DNA of 64,000 nucleotides from Vulcanimicrobiales bacterium (GCA_038215615.1 JBBQQR010000011.1:1-64000), one strand, 5' to 3'. Positions 29,559-38,635 are shown, numbered from the stretch's first letter. Notes: generated by a model not told the origin, from the sequence alone. Program-made: numbers and translations.

Positions 29559-29580
29559 GACGGCGCCGTTAGGCGCCGTC
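29559..29580. terminator. Probable bidirectional terminator
   Basis: GACGGCGCC-GTTA-GGCGCCGTC between convergent genes, with T-rich runs on both strands. Confidence 0.6.
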
Positions 29581-31002
29581 TTCTTTTAATATCGATGGCG
29601 CCATAACGGCGTCGCTCATGCCGTGGATGAGTCGCTTGTCGGCGGGGGCCACGGTTGCGAGGATCCCGCCCAAGCGTGTCTCGTCGCCGACGATGAAGAA
29701 GTAAGGGCAGAGCCGTACGCGGCCTTCAAACGTGCGGATTTCGTCGGCGGCGCGGTCGAGATACGTTTGCCGGACGCGCTTTCCCTTATAAAAGCGCTGG
29801 AGGATGCGTGGCGTCGTCTCGTATTCGCGCACGGCTTCCTGAAGCGTTGCCACCCATTCTTCTTTGGTGAGGTCGTTGGCGACGCGCACGCCGCGCGAGC
29901 CCCACGCGAGCTCCGAGAATCCGGATGGCTTGATAACGTAATCGCGTTCCGATTTCGTCAGTTCGGCAAGTTGCATCCAGTCGGAAACGGGCGCGCCGTT
30001 GGCTTCGAGTCCGGCGATCACCGCCTGCGGCGGAAGCGGGCGTGGATCGATGACCCACGTTTCAGGAAAAAGCTGTTTGAGGTGATCGTAAACGGCGACC
30101 CCGAACTCGGCCTTCCAAAGTTTCGCCAACTGCGGATGATGGAAGAGCGCAAACGCGAGTTTTTCTTCGAGCTGCGCTTTGGGAGGCGGCGTCATCGTCA
30201 CGCGGTTGTGGCGCGCAGAATACAGCATGAGCTCTTGCTTGGGAACGTTGAGTAAATCGAAGAGCTCGAAGTTGCGGTAGAGCGCATCGAGCTTTTCCTC
30301 GCGCCCGTCGGGCAGACGTACGAACAGCGCTTCTTCGGTGAAATAAATATCTTGGGGCCGGCACATGAACGCTTTCACGTTCGCGACGCGCGTCAGCGCC
30401 TGCGCCATCCACGTCATCTCCGGCCGATAATCGCCCGATTCGTCGGAAAGTACGATGGCGACCACCGGCTGGTCTTTTCCGGTTGCGGCGGAAAGCATCG
30501 CGCCGTACGAGCGCACGATGCCGTCGGCGCCGCCGATGCTTTCCATGCCCAGCTTGCAATACGCCTCGGACATTGCTCCCAGGAAACCCATGCCGCCCGG
30601 AACGCTGTCGAGTTCGCTCGCGATGAAGCCGTCGTCGGTCAGGATCAAGTCGGGGCGAATGATGCCGGGCAAATCTTGCCGGAAACGATTTTGCCGCGAC
30701 AGCCGGACGATGTGCTCGGGCTTTCCTTGGTCGAGGTACTCGGCGATGAACGCCGGAGCGGTTCCACGCACGCTGCGGTTGTAGAGCGCGTTGAGCGCGC
30801 GATAAAAAAGAAGGAGGTTGGCGCCGATCGTCTCGATCCGCGCAAGGGCCCGCGGCGACAAGGCGAACGGCTCGGGGCTGATGCGCCACGGGATCCGTTC
30901 GTCCGCTGTTTCGACCTTGAAGAGTCCGGACGGGATCGCGTCATACAGGAAATGCGCTTGGTCGCGAGCCGTGAGGTCGGGGGAATACGCCGTGCAGGCC
31001 AT
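29569..31002 (-). CDS. Stand-alone circularly permuted ATP-grasp-type ligase (Gsp-synthetase-like)
   Basis: IRPDLILTDDGFIASELDSVPGG (R.D..E), YVIKPSGFSELAWGSRGV, ILQRF. Confidence 0.7.
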   Translation of the reverse strand: MACTAYSPDLTARDQAHFLYDAIPSGLFKVETADERIPWRISPEPFALSPRALARIETIGANLLLFYRALNALYNRSVRGTAPAFIAEYLDQGKPEHIVRLSRQNRFRQDLPGIIRPDLILTDDGFIASELDSVPGGMGFLGAMSEAYCKLGMESIGGADGIVRSYGAMLSAATGKDQPVVAIVLSDESGDYRPEMTWMAQALTRVANVKAFMCRPQDIYFTEEALFVRLPDGREEKLDALYRNFELFDLLNVPKQELMLYSARHNRVTMTPPPKAQLEEKLAFALFHHPQLAKLWKAEFGVAVYDHLKQLFPETWVIDPRPLPPQAVIAGLEANGAPVSDWMQLAELTKSERDYVIKPSGFSELAWGSRGVRVANDLTKEEWVATLQEAVREYETTPRILQRFYKGKRVRQTYLDRAADEIRTFEGRVRLCPYFFIVGDETRLGGILATVAPADKRLIHGMSDAVMAPSILKEDGA

Positions 31003-31005
31003 CGT

Positions 31006-31068
31006 TTATGAGCCTCGACAGCCGTCGGGGATCTTGGACATGCCGAACGCTATGTAGAGCCGCCGCAT
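31006..31068 (-). CDS. 20-aa small ORF MRRLYIAFGMSKIPDGCRGS, candidate precursor or leader peptide
   Basis: Stop lies 3 nt before the ligase ATG; TATTTT -10-like box 6 nt upstream of an in-frame GTG (31071). Confidence 0.5.
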   Translation of the reverse strand: MRRLYIAFGMSKIPDGCRGS

Positions 31069-31120
31069 CACCACACTAAAATACCCTCATTCCCCGCTTC
31101 GGTTGCAGGGACGGGCGAGC

Positions 31121-31519
31121 CTATTTTATGGTGATGGCGCCGGGGGTGAGCAAGGCGCTCTCGACCCGCACGACCCCGCCACGGTAGACGAGCGTCAGGT
31201 GGAGGGTACCTTCCAGGCCGAGCCGCGCGAGGGCGACGTCCTCAATGACGCGCGAAACACTCTCGCCAGCGATGAACTGGAGCGTGCTCTGCAGTGAAAA
31301 CGAGCCGCGCGAGGTGCTGTAATTCTCGGTGACTTGCACGGGCAGATCGTGGCCGGCGGTCGCGGACATCTCGGCGGATACGCAGTAGCTCACCGTCAGC
31401 GGCACGCCTTTGACCGGCAGCGTCTCTCGCGTGCAACGGCTGCCTTGCGCCCAAGCCGCGCCGGTGGCGGAAAGAGCAAGGGCCAGAGCCAGAAGCGGGC
31501 GGCCGTAGATGTTGTTCAT
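31121..31519 (-). CDS. Secreted hypothetical protein
   Basis: Signal peptide ending AWA; Cys pair. Confidence 0.7.
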   Translation of the reverse strand: MNNIYGRPLLALALALSATGAAWAQGSRCTRETLPVKGVPLTVSYCVSAEMSATAGHDLPVQVTENYSTSRGSFSLQSTLQFIAGESVSRVIEDVALARLGLEGTLHLTLVYRGGVVRVESALLTPGAITIK

Positions 31520-31602
31520 CCTTGTCGATCAACGTAGCGGCAAGACTGAAGGTTGCATTGGCGCCGGAGGCGCCGTTTGACGAAGGGTATAGAATGGAGC
31601 CG

Positions 31603-32421
31603 ATGCGGTTCGATTTGATCGCGCTCGATTTGGACGGCACGCTCTTGGATTCGCAAGAGCGCGTTTCGCCGCGCAACCGGCGCGCGATCGAAAGTGCGCT
31701 GGCCGCGGGCATAAGGATCGTGCTCGTAACCGGGCGCGGCGTCGATATGCCGATTCGCGTGAGCCGCGAGCTCGGGCTCAACCTGCCCGTCATCTGCGCT
31801 CACGGCGCCTTGACCAAAGATTTCGGCGCGAACCGCACGCTTGGGCACATTCCGGTTCCGCTGCAATACGCCAAACCGATGATCGAGTTTTCAGAGCGCC
31901 AAGGTCTGTCGGTGGCGATCTACGCCGAAGAATTTTTCTACCGGCTCGAAGGATCGAAACTGCATATGGACGACATGCGCGGTCCGGCATGGCGTCAGGT
32001 CAGGACGTTCGCCGACGTGATGCACACCGCGCCAACTTTCATTCGCTTCCTCGGCCGTGAGTCTGTCGCAGCGATGGAAGAAGAGTTTCGCGATCTGCCC
32101 CTGCACTTCAAATATGAGACGTGGCTGGATTTCGTCGAATGCGCGGTGACCAGCCGTGACGCCACCAAGCAGCGCGCGCTCGCGCGGCTCTGCGCGGACT
32201 TCCAAGTTCCGCCCGAACGCGTGCTGGCAATCGGCGACTCACGAAATGACGTACCCATGCTGCGCTGGGCCGGAGTGGGGGTCGTTATGGCTAACGCGTT
32301 ACCCGAAGTGCGCGAAGCGCTGAAGCACGTCACCGGCAGCAACGAAGAAGATGGAGTCGCTCAAGCAATCGAAAAATTCGCGCTCAAACCGAGCCCGCAA
32401 GAACGATCGCGCATCGCGTGA
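31603..32421 (+). CDS. Cof-type HAD-IIB hydrolase
   Basis: ALDLDGTLL, VTGR, IGDSRNDVPML, SNEEDGVA. Confidence 0.93.
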   Translation: MRFDLIALDLDGTLLDSQERVSPRNRRAIESALAAGIRIVLVTGRGVDMPIRVSRELGLNLPVICAHGALTKDFGANRTLGHIPVPLQYAKPMIEFSERQGLSVAIYAEEFFYRLEGSKLHMDDMRGPAWRQVRTFADVMHTAPTFIRFLGRESVAAMEEEFRDLPLHFKYETWLDFVECAVTSRDATKQRALARLCADFQVPPERVLAIGDSRNDVPMLRWAGVGVVMANALPEVREALKHVTGSNEEDGVAQAIEKFALKPSPQERSRIA

Positions 32422-32660
32422 AGGTACGCGTGCTGCCGTTTGCGCGCGTGCGCGAACTGCTTGGGCCGCCCCGTGAGGTGGAGCTCCCCGGGGGGGCGAC
32501 GGTAGGCGCCCTGTGGGACGATTTGGCAAAGACGTGCGAGGGGTTACGACAACTTGCGCAATCGACTCGCATCGCCCTTAACGGACGCGTGGCGCGGCGC
32601 GAAGAGGCGCTGCAAGACGGCGACGAGGTCGCCTTACTTCCGCCGGCCGGAGGCGGCTGA
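32418..32660 (+). CDS. moaD: Molybdopterin synthase sulfur carrier
   Basis: FARVRE...DGDEVALLPPAGGG with C-terminal GG. Confidence 0.9.
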   Translation: MKVRVLPFARVRELLGPPREVELPGGATVGALWDDLAKTCEGLRQLAQSTRIALNGRVARREEALQDGDEVALLPPAGGG

Positions 32661-33085
32661 TGTTCGCGATCGTGCGCGGTCCCATCGACGTCAGCGCGAT
32701 CGCGAAATCGGTCCGGACGGACGCGTGCGGTGCAATCATCACCTTTTCCGGGGTGGTCAGGGAGACGTCGGATGATGATCGTCCTGTCACGGGTTTGTCG
32801 TACGAAGCGCACGAGTCGATGGCGGCCGCCGAGTTCGAAGCGATCGCGCAAGAAGCCCGACGCCGCTTCGGACCGTGCGAGATCGCCGTCGCGCATCGCA
32901 TAGGCGATCTCCACGTTGGAGAAGTTTCGGTGGCGGTCGCCGTCGGAGCGCCCCACCGCGGGGTCGCGTTCGACGCGTGCTTGTTCACCATCGACGAATT
33001 GAAACGCCGCGCACCCATTTGGAAGAAGGAGCATTACGCGCAGGGCGACAGCGAGTGGCGGAGCAATCCGGACGCGCAAGCGTAA
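32660..33085 (+). CDS. moaE: Molybdopterin synthase catalytic subunit
   Basis: GAIITFSGVVR, LSYEA, HRIG, HR..AF, IDELK..APIWKKE. Confidence 0.95.
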   Translation: MFAIVRGPIDVSAIAKSVRTDACGAIITFSGVVRETSDDDRPVTGLSYEAHESMAAAEFEAIAQEARRRFGPCEIAVAHRIGDLHVGEVSVAVAVGAPHRGVAFDACLFTIDELKRRAPIWKKEHYAQGDSEWRSNPDAQA

Positions 33086-33802
33086 GTGAAGCTAGAATTG
33101 CTGCGCATCGCAGCCGCCGGTGCGAACATTGCCGCTCTGCGCTACGAGCCGCGACGGCCGCGCGGCGTGTGGATCGTCGCCGGGCACGGATACTCGAGCT
33201 CGAAGCACAACCTCGATTTCCTCTGTTCCTTCCTGGCGAGTCACGGCTATGGCGTCGTCAGTATGGACTTCCAGGGACACAAACTCGGCGCGAGCGGCGG
33301 ACGTCTGCAGAGTGTTGAGGATCTGCCCATTGCGATGGGCGGCGTTGCGGGGTTCGTTCGCGAGTTTCATTCAGGCGCGCTCTACACTATGGGTCACAGC
33401 ATGGGTGCGATGACGGCACTGTTTACCGCGGCCCGCGATCCAAGCATTACGGGAACTATTGCGATCGCGACCGGCTACGGAAGGCCGTCGGCGATCGAAG
33501 CTCTGCGCGAGAAGGGCGTCTCCGATTTTCGTTCGGCTTACGTCGAGGGTTTGGCCCTGCCCGACTTGGTGCGGGGTGTGGACGAGCTGTTCGATCGCGC
33601 GCTGCCGCAGCTGGCGGGCAGACCGCAGCTCTACGTTTGTGCCGATCGCGATGCGATGGTCAGCCGCGCGAGCGTCGAAGAGTTATTCGACCGTGCGTCC
33701 GAACCGAAGACCTTCGTTACGATTTCCAGCGACCACACATATGCGGCTGAAAATGCGCGCGGCGAAGTGCTCGCATGGCTAAATCTCTCGCACCCGCGAT
33801 AG
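33086..33802 (+). CDS. Alpha/beta hydrolase
   Basis: HGY, DFQGH, GHSMG, terminal D..H. Confidence 0.88.
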   Translation: MKLELLRIAAAGANIAALRYEPRRPRGVWIVAGHGYSSSKHNLDFLCSFLASHGYGVVSMDFQGHKLGASGGRLQSVEDLPIAMGGVAGFVREFHSGALYTMGHSMGAMTALFTAARDPSITGTIAIATGYGRPSAIEALREKGVSDFRSAYVEGLALPDLVRGVDELFDRALPQLAGRPQLYVCADRDAMVSRASVEELFDRASEPKTFVTISSDHTYAAENARGEVLAWLNLSHPR

Positions 33803-33810
33803 TTCAAGGT

Positions 33811-34896
33811 TTGCGGCGGTACAGCCGCCACTTGCTGATCCCTGAAGTCGGCGTTTCGGGACAAGAACGGCTAGCGGCGTCCCGGGTTCTCTGCGTGGGC
33901 GCGGGTGGGCTAGGATCGCCGGCCTTGCAATACTTGGCTGCGGCGGGTGTCGGGCGTATCGGGATAATGGACGACGACGTCGTCGACGAAAGCAATTTGC
34001 AGCGCCAAACGCTCTTCGCTACGAGCGACATCGGAGCGCAAAAAGCTCAGGTAGCGGCGCGGCGCGTTATGGAGCTGAATCCGCTCACCGCTGCCGACGC
34101 GATCCCCGTGCGGCTAGATTCGTCGAACGCGCGCGATCTTATCCGTCTTTACGATGTCGTACTGGACTGCACCGATCGGTTCGAAACGCGCTATACCGTA
34201 AACGATGCATGCTGGCTGGAAAATAAACCGGACGTGTACGCGTCCATCTTTCGCTTCGACGGGCAGGTCAGCGTCTTCTGGCGCGATCACGGACCGTGTT
34301 ATCGTTGTTTATTTTCGGCGGCTCCGCCGGCCGGAAGCGTGCCCACCTGCGCCGAGGGCGGCGTGCTCGGCGTGCTCGCCGGAATCACGGGAGCGTTTCA
34401 AGCCAACGAAGCCCTGAAGATCGTGCTCGGTATCGGTGAACCGCTCTTGGGAAGGCTGCTGCTCATCGATGCGCTCGGGTCGCGCACGCGCGAGGTTACC
34501 TTTGAACGCGAAGCCGGTTGCGCGTTATGCGGTCAGAGCGCGACGATCGCCGACGTCATCGCCGAACCCAGCGAGATTCGGATGAGCGATCTTGAAGAAA
34601 TCGATGCATCGCAGCTCGATGATGCGATGCGCGAGTCGGTGCTGCTCGACGTGCGTGAACCGCACGAAGTGGCACTAGGTGTTTTGGACGGAGCGCTGCA
34701 TGTGCCGGCGTCGGATTTACCCGAACGCCTTCACGAACTCGACTCCGCGAAATCTTACATTGTCGCGTGCCGTATCGGACAAAAATCCGCCTGGGCGGCG
34801 CGCTTCTTGCGGGATTCCGGCTTCCGGCGCGTCACGCATCTGCGCGATGGCCTCCTGGCCTACGCGGGGCAGCATCCCGACTTCGAGTTCTTCTAA
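33811..34896 (+). CDS. moeB: MoeB/MoeZ adenylyltransferase with C-terminal rhodanese (start may be ATA 33799)
   Basis: RYSRH, GAGGLG, SNLQRQ, CYRCLF, TCAEGGVLG, rhodanese CRIGQKS. Confidence 0.93.
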   Translation: MRRYSRHLLIPEVGVSGQERLAASRVLCVGAGGLGSPALQYLAAAGVGRIGIMDDDVVDESNLQRQTLFATSDIGAQKAQVAARRVMELNPLTAADAIPVRLDSSNARDLIRLYDVVLDCTDRFETRYTVNDACWLENKPDVYASIFRFDGQVSVFWRDHGPCYRCLFSAAPPAGSVPTCAEGGVLGVLAGITGAFQANEALKIVLGIGEPLLGRLLLIDALGSRTREVTFEREAGCALCGQSATIADVIAEPSEIRMSDLEEIDASQLDDAMRESVLLDVREPHEVALGVLDGALHVPASDLPERLHELDSAKSYIVACRIGQKSAWAARFLRDSGFRRVTHLRDGLLAYAGQHPDFEFF

Positions 34897-35765
34897 AGCC
34901 GGAAGCTGCCCTCACCGACGAAGATCGTTTCACCGCCAACATCAAAGGTGAGTGCGGCGCCGTCATTCTCGATGTGAACGTGCAGCACGCTGCGCCGCCC
35001 GAGTTTGACGCCCTGCTCGCTGACGAATGACGATCGCGCCGGTTCGAGCGCGCCGTACTTCGCGAGGTAGGCGAAAACCGGTCCCGTCGCACTTCCCGTG
35101 GCGGGATCTTCGGCGATGCCGCTCATGGGCGCAAACATACGCGCATACGTGCCTTTCTCCGTCAAGCAAAAGACGAAGACTCCCGAGACGTGCGATTCGA
35201 TCGTCTCCTCAAAACCACCGACGGCGTACCAGGCGCGATCGACGGCATCGCGATCGCGAAGCGCTATGAAAAGAAACGGATTTCCGGCGCCGGCAATTTG
35301 CGGCGGCAGCGTTTCGTGCAGGTCCCTTTCCCCCAGGCCCAACGAAGCGGCGGCTCGCGCCCGGTCGAGCGTTTGTTCGAACGTCACCGGAGGCGTGCGC
35401 AACCACGCAAAGAGTTTGCCGTTTTTGCGCTCGAGCCGAACGGCTACATCGCCGACGCGTTCGCCAAGCGCGAACCTCGTTGTCTCCGGCGAGACCCACT
35501 TGAGCACTTCGGCAATCGCGAAAGTCGCGCCGACGGTCGGATGACCGGCGAACGGCATCTCGTGCCGCGGCGTAAAGATACGCAGCTCGGCGGGGCGGCC
35601 CTCATCGTTCGACCGCCGCAAAAATACGGTCTCGGCCACGTTAAGTTCGTTGGCCAGCATTTGCATCGTGGCATCGTCGAGATGCTGCGGAACGACAGCT
35701 AGCTGATTTCCTTGGAACGGCCGTTCGGCGAAGACATCGAAAAGCAGATATGAAATCTGCGCCAT
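34893..35765 (-). CDS. PhzF family epimerase/isomerase
   Basis: DVFA..GNQLAV, ETVF, EMPFAGHPT, EDPATGSA. Confidence 0.93.
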   Translation of the reverse strand: MAQISYLLFDVFAERPFQGNQLAVVPQHLDDATMQMLANELNVAETVFLRRSNDEGRPAELRIFTPRHEMPFAGHPTVGATFAIAEVLKWVSPETTRFALGERVGDVAVRLERKNGKLFAWLRTPPVTFEQTLDRARAAASLGLGERDLHETLPPQIAGAGNPFLFIALRDRDAVDRAWYAVGGFEETIESHVSGVFVFCLTEKGTYARMFAPMSGIAEDPATGSATGPVFAYLAKYGALEPARSSFVSEQGVKLGRRSVLHVHIENDGAALTFDVGGETIFVGEGSFRL

Positions 35766-35782
35766 AGAGAGAAGCCTCCTTC

Positions 35783-36631
35783 GTGATCAGCAAACCATTT
35801 GGGCCGGCCGGCGTTGCGGTCCCAGCCATCGGGCAAGGCACGTGGGATATTCCCGAAAACGGGCATCGCCGCGCGGAGGCGATTCGCGCACTCCGGCGCG
35901 GTATCGAACTCGGAATGACGCACATCGATACGGCGGAGATGTATGGTGCCGGCGCCGCTGAGGAAATCGTCGGTGAGGCCGTGGAGCGCGTATCGCGTGA
36001 ATCGCTCTTCGTTACGAGCAAAGTGCTGCCCGAGAACGCGTCTTATAAAGGAACGATCGCGGCGTGCGAGTCTACGCTGCGGCGCCTGCGAACGGATTAC
36101 GTGGACTTGTATCTCCTGCACTGGCCCGGATCGCATCCCATTGCCGAGACGATGCGCGGCCTCGAGGAACTGGCCGCCAAAGGCATGGCACGGCACATCG
36201 GAGTCAGCAACTTCGACGTCGAAGAGCTGCGCGATGCCCAAGCCCAGTTGCGCAAGGTGAAAATCGCGGCCAACCAGATCTATTACAGCCCGGTGGAGCG
36301 CGGGCCTGAAGCGCGGCTTCTCCCGTACTGCCGCGCACACCACATCGCCGTCATCGGCTATACGCCGTTCGGGCGCGGCCGCGTGTTACGCAAGGGCTCG
36401 CGCGGCGAGGCCGTCCTGCAGCGAATTGCCGAAAAGCACGCCAAGACGCCGCGTCAAGTCGTGCTCAACTTTCTGACCCGCGATCCGGACGTTTTTGCGA
36501 TACCCAAAGCGTCGAACGTAGCGCATGTCGAGGAAAACTCCGGCGCAACCGGCTGGGATATAGATGAAGAAGACCTCGCGCAGATCGACGGTGTGTTCCC
36601 CGTCGTGGAAGGCCCACTTGCAACCGTTTGA
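35783..36631 (+). CDS. Aldo/keto reductase
   Basis: IGQGTW, IDTAEMYG, DLYLLHWP, IGVSNF, IPKA. Confidence 0.95.
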   Translation: MISKPFGPAGVAVPAIGQGTWDIPENGHRRAEAIRALRRGIELGMTHIDTAEMYGAGAAEEIVGEAVERVSRESLFVTSKVLPENASYKGTIAACESTLRRLRTDYVDLYLLHWPGSHPIAETMRGLEELAAKGMARHIGVSNFDVEELRDAQAQLRKVKIAANQIYYSPVERGPEARLLPYCRAHHIAVIGYTPFGRGRVLRKGSRGEAVLQRIAEKHAKTPRQVVLNFLTRDPDVFAIPKASNVAHVEENSGATGWDIDEEDLAQIDGVFPVVEGPLATV

Positions 36632-37772
36632 CGCCGCTGCAATCAAGCGGCTCGCGCGCGAGAAAGCAATGCGGCTTGGCGCGAGCGACGTACGCGTGAC
36701 CTCAACGGGCAAAACCGGTGACGTGCAGCGGGATTTGAGTGAATCGTTCGCGCGCGGCGATCTCGCGACGTGGCCCTACGATGCAGCGTACGCGGCCAAG
36801 GCCGCCGACCCGGAGCGCATTCTTGAAGGCGCGCGCAGCGTGATCTGCATCGCTGTTCCTTATGGGACGGACTCGGCGGAGCCGCTGCCGATGCAGGGAC
36901 GCGTATCGAATTACGTTGGTTCCGTTGACTATCACGCGCAGATAAAACAACTTCTGCTCGAAGTCGCCGGCGACATCGACGCTGCGGCCGGCGCGAACGT
37001 GACCGCTATCGCGTGCGATACAAAGCCCATCGCGGAGCGTGCGTTCGCCGCCCGCGCAGGCCTAGGATGGATCGGGAAACACACGAACCTGATATCGCCG
37101 CTCTCCGGCTCGTTCGTCTTTTTGGGCGAGATCGTCACGAAGCTCGAACTGCCGCCGGACGAGCCGCTGCGCAAGACGTGCGGGTCGTGCACGCGCTGCA
37201 TCCAGGCGTGTCCGACCGGCGCGCTGCGCGGCGATTACACGATCGACGCGACGCGCTGTATCGCCGACCTTACGCAACGGACCGACGCAATTCCGCGCGC
37301 GATGCGTCCCCTCGTCGGCACGTGGGTGTGGGGCTGCGATCTCTGCCAGCTGGCCTGCCCACCCAACCTTGTCATCATGAACCTGTCTCTTCGACCCGGC
37401 TCTCAGGGCGAGGGGCGTTCGAAAGAGACCTCGACGCCCGAGCTCGTCGAGCTGTTACAGTTGCGCAGCAGCGGTTTTAAACGGAAGTATGCGCGCACCG
37501 CGATGGGATGGCGCGGCGGCGCCGTTCTGCGCCGCAACGCAGCCGTAGCGCTGGGTAACTCGCTCGATCGCGCTGCAGTGCCGCCGCTGGCCCGAGCATT
37601 GCAAGGCGATCCGCATCCGCTCGTGCGCGGGCACAGCGCGTGGGCGCTCGGTCGGATCGGTTCGGCCCAAGCGATTGCGGCTTTAAACCGGCGTCTGCCG
37701 ATCGAGCCTGACCGCGGTGTGCGTGACGAGATCCATGCGGCGCTGGAACCGTACGCAGCCGGGCGGCGTTAG
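36618..37772 (+). CDS. queG: Epoxyqueuosine reductase QueG with C-terminal HEAT repeats
   Basis: DYH, CDTKPIAERAFA, GLGWIGKH, CGSCTRCIQACPT, WGCDLCQLACP. Confidence 0.92.
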   Translation: MQPFDAAAIKRLAREKAMRLGASDVRVTSTGKTGDVQRDLSESFARGDLATWPYDAAYAAKAADPERILEGARSVICIAVPYGTDSAEPLPMQGRVSNYVGSVDYHAQIKQLLLEVAGDIDAAAGANVTAIACDTKPIAERAFAARAGLGWIGKHTNLISPLSGSFVFLGEIVTKLELPPDEPLRKTCGSCTRCIQACPTGALRGDYTIDATRCIADLTQRTDAIPRAMRPLVGTWVWGCDLCQLACPPNLVIMNLSLRPGSQGEGRSKETSTPELVELLQLRSSGFKRKYARTAMGWRGGAVLRRNAAVALGNSLDRAAVPPLARALQGDPHPLVRGHSAWALGRIGSAQAIAALNRRLPIEPDRGVRDEIHAALEPYAAGRR

Positions 37773-37779
37773 AACCTGC

Positions 37780-38421
37780 ATGCGCACACAAACATTTTTC
37801 AGCGGCGCCGTTGCGGCGGCCGCCCTTTTGCTGATGGTTAGCCCAGCCGGACAAGCATCGACGAATTCGGATAACGTTCTCGCCCGGCTGATCTCTGCCA
37901 ACGTCGGCTTGCGTAGCTTTACGGCCGGCGTGAACGCGGACGTTGTGATGCATTCGTTCCCCTACCTGAGCGCCAATCTGGGCGGCATGTACTATCACAA
38001 AGAGCCGAGCAAAGACAAGGTTGTCTTCACGAGCGGGCTGCCGTTCATCGCCAAGCAATTCAGCAACGTCTACCCGCACGTCGAAAGTCCCGCCCGCTGG
38101 CACGACGTCTACGAGATCTCGATGGAACGGGATGACGGGATGTACACGACCTTCAAGCTGGTGCCCCGTTCGGGCGGCCGCATCGATCACATCGATGCCA
38201 AAGTGGGCGACAAGTCCGGCGAGCTCGCCCAGCTGCGCTGGAATTATACCGACGGCAGCTACGCGACGCTCAACCAGACCTACGGCAAGGTCGGCGCGTA
38301 TCGCCTAGTGACTCGGGAGACCGGCCATTTCGAGAACCCGAACTACAACGCCGATCTGTCGTCGACGTTCAGCAACTTCAAGGTGAACGTTGCCATTCCG
38401 GACTCGATCTTTCGCAGCTAG
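37780..38421 (+). CDS. Exported LolA-like hypothetical protein
   Basis: Signal peptide; SFTA, Y..P, FKLVP, FSNFKVNVAIPDSIF C-terminus typical of the LolA fold. Confidence 0.65.
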   Translation: MRTQTFFSGAVAAAALLLMVSPAGQASTNSDNVLARLISANVGLRSFTAGVNADVVMHSFPYLSANLGGMYYHKEPSKDKVVFTSGLPFIAKQFSNVYPHVESPARWHDVYEISMERDDGMYTTFKLVPRSGGRIDHIDAKVGDKSGELAQLRWNYTDGSYATLNQTYGKVGAYRLVTRETGHFENPNYNADLSSTFSNFKVNVAIPDSIFRS

Positions 38422-38426
38422 TTACA

Positions 38427-38582
38427 GGCCGCAGTGGATAGCCTGCCTCGGAAAACGCTGCAAAATTACGTCCATGTAATTTTGCCGCTTGACTGCTTTT
38501 TCGAGAGAACAAAGTTTTGAAGCGGCCATCCGTGGCCGGCTCGAAAAAGCAGACATTTCCGCGCAGGCTATCCACTACGGCC
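38427..38582. repeat. Multibranch palindromic element (candidate sRNA or MITE)
   Basis: 19/20-bp terminal inverted repeat (38427-46 / 38563-82) enclosing perfect 10-bp and 13-bp stems. Confidence 0.75.
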
Positions 38583-38635
38583 CTGCAAGATTGCCCGAGC
38601 CGAGGGTCCCGAGCCGCCGCGCTGAATCAGAAGTT

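Noticed and set aside
38590..38635. Moco riboswitch upstream of moaA
   Set aside because: Only CCGAGC resembles the motif; the GAAA-tetraloop stems and SD-containing P1 are not evident
38489..38635. N-terminal extension of MoaA in the ORF track
   Set aside because: It reads through the palindromic element; MoaA homology starts near GTG 38636
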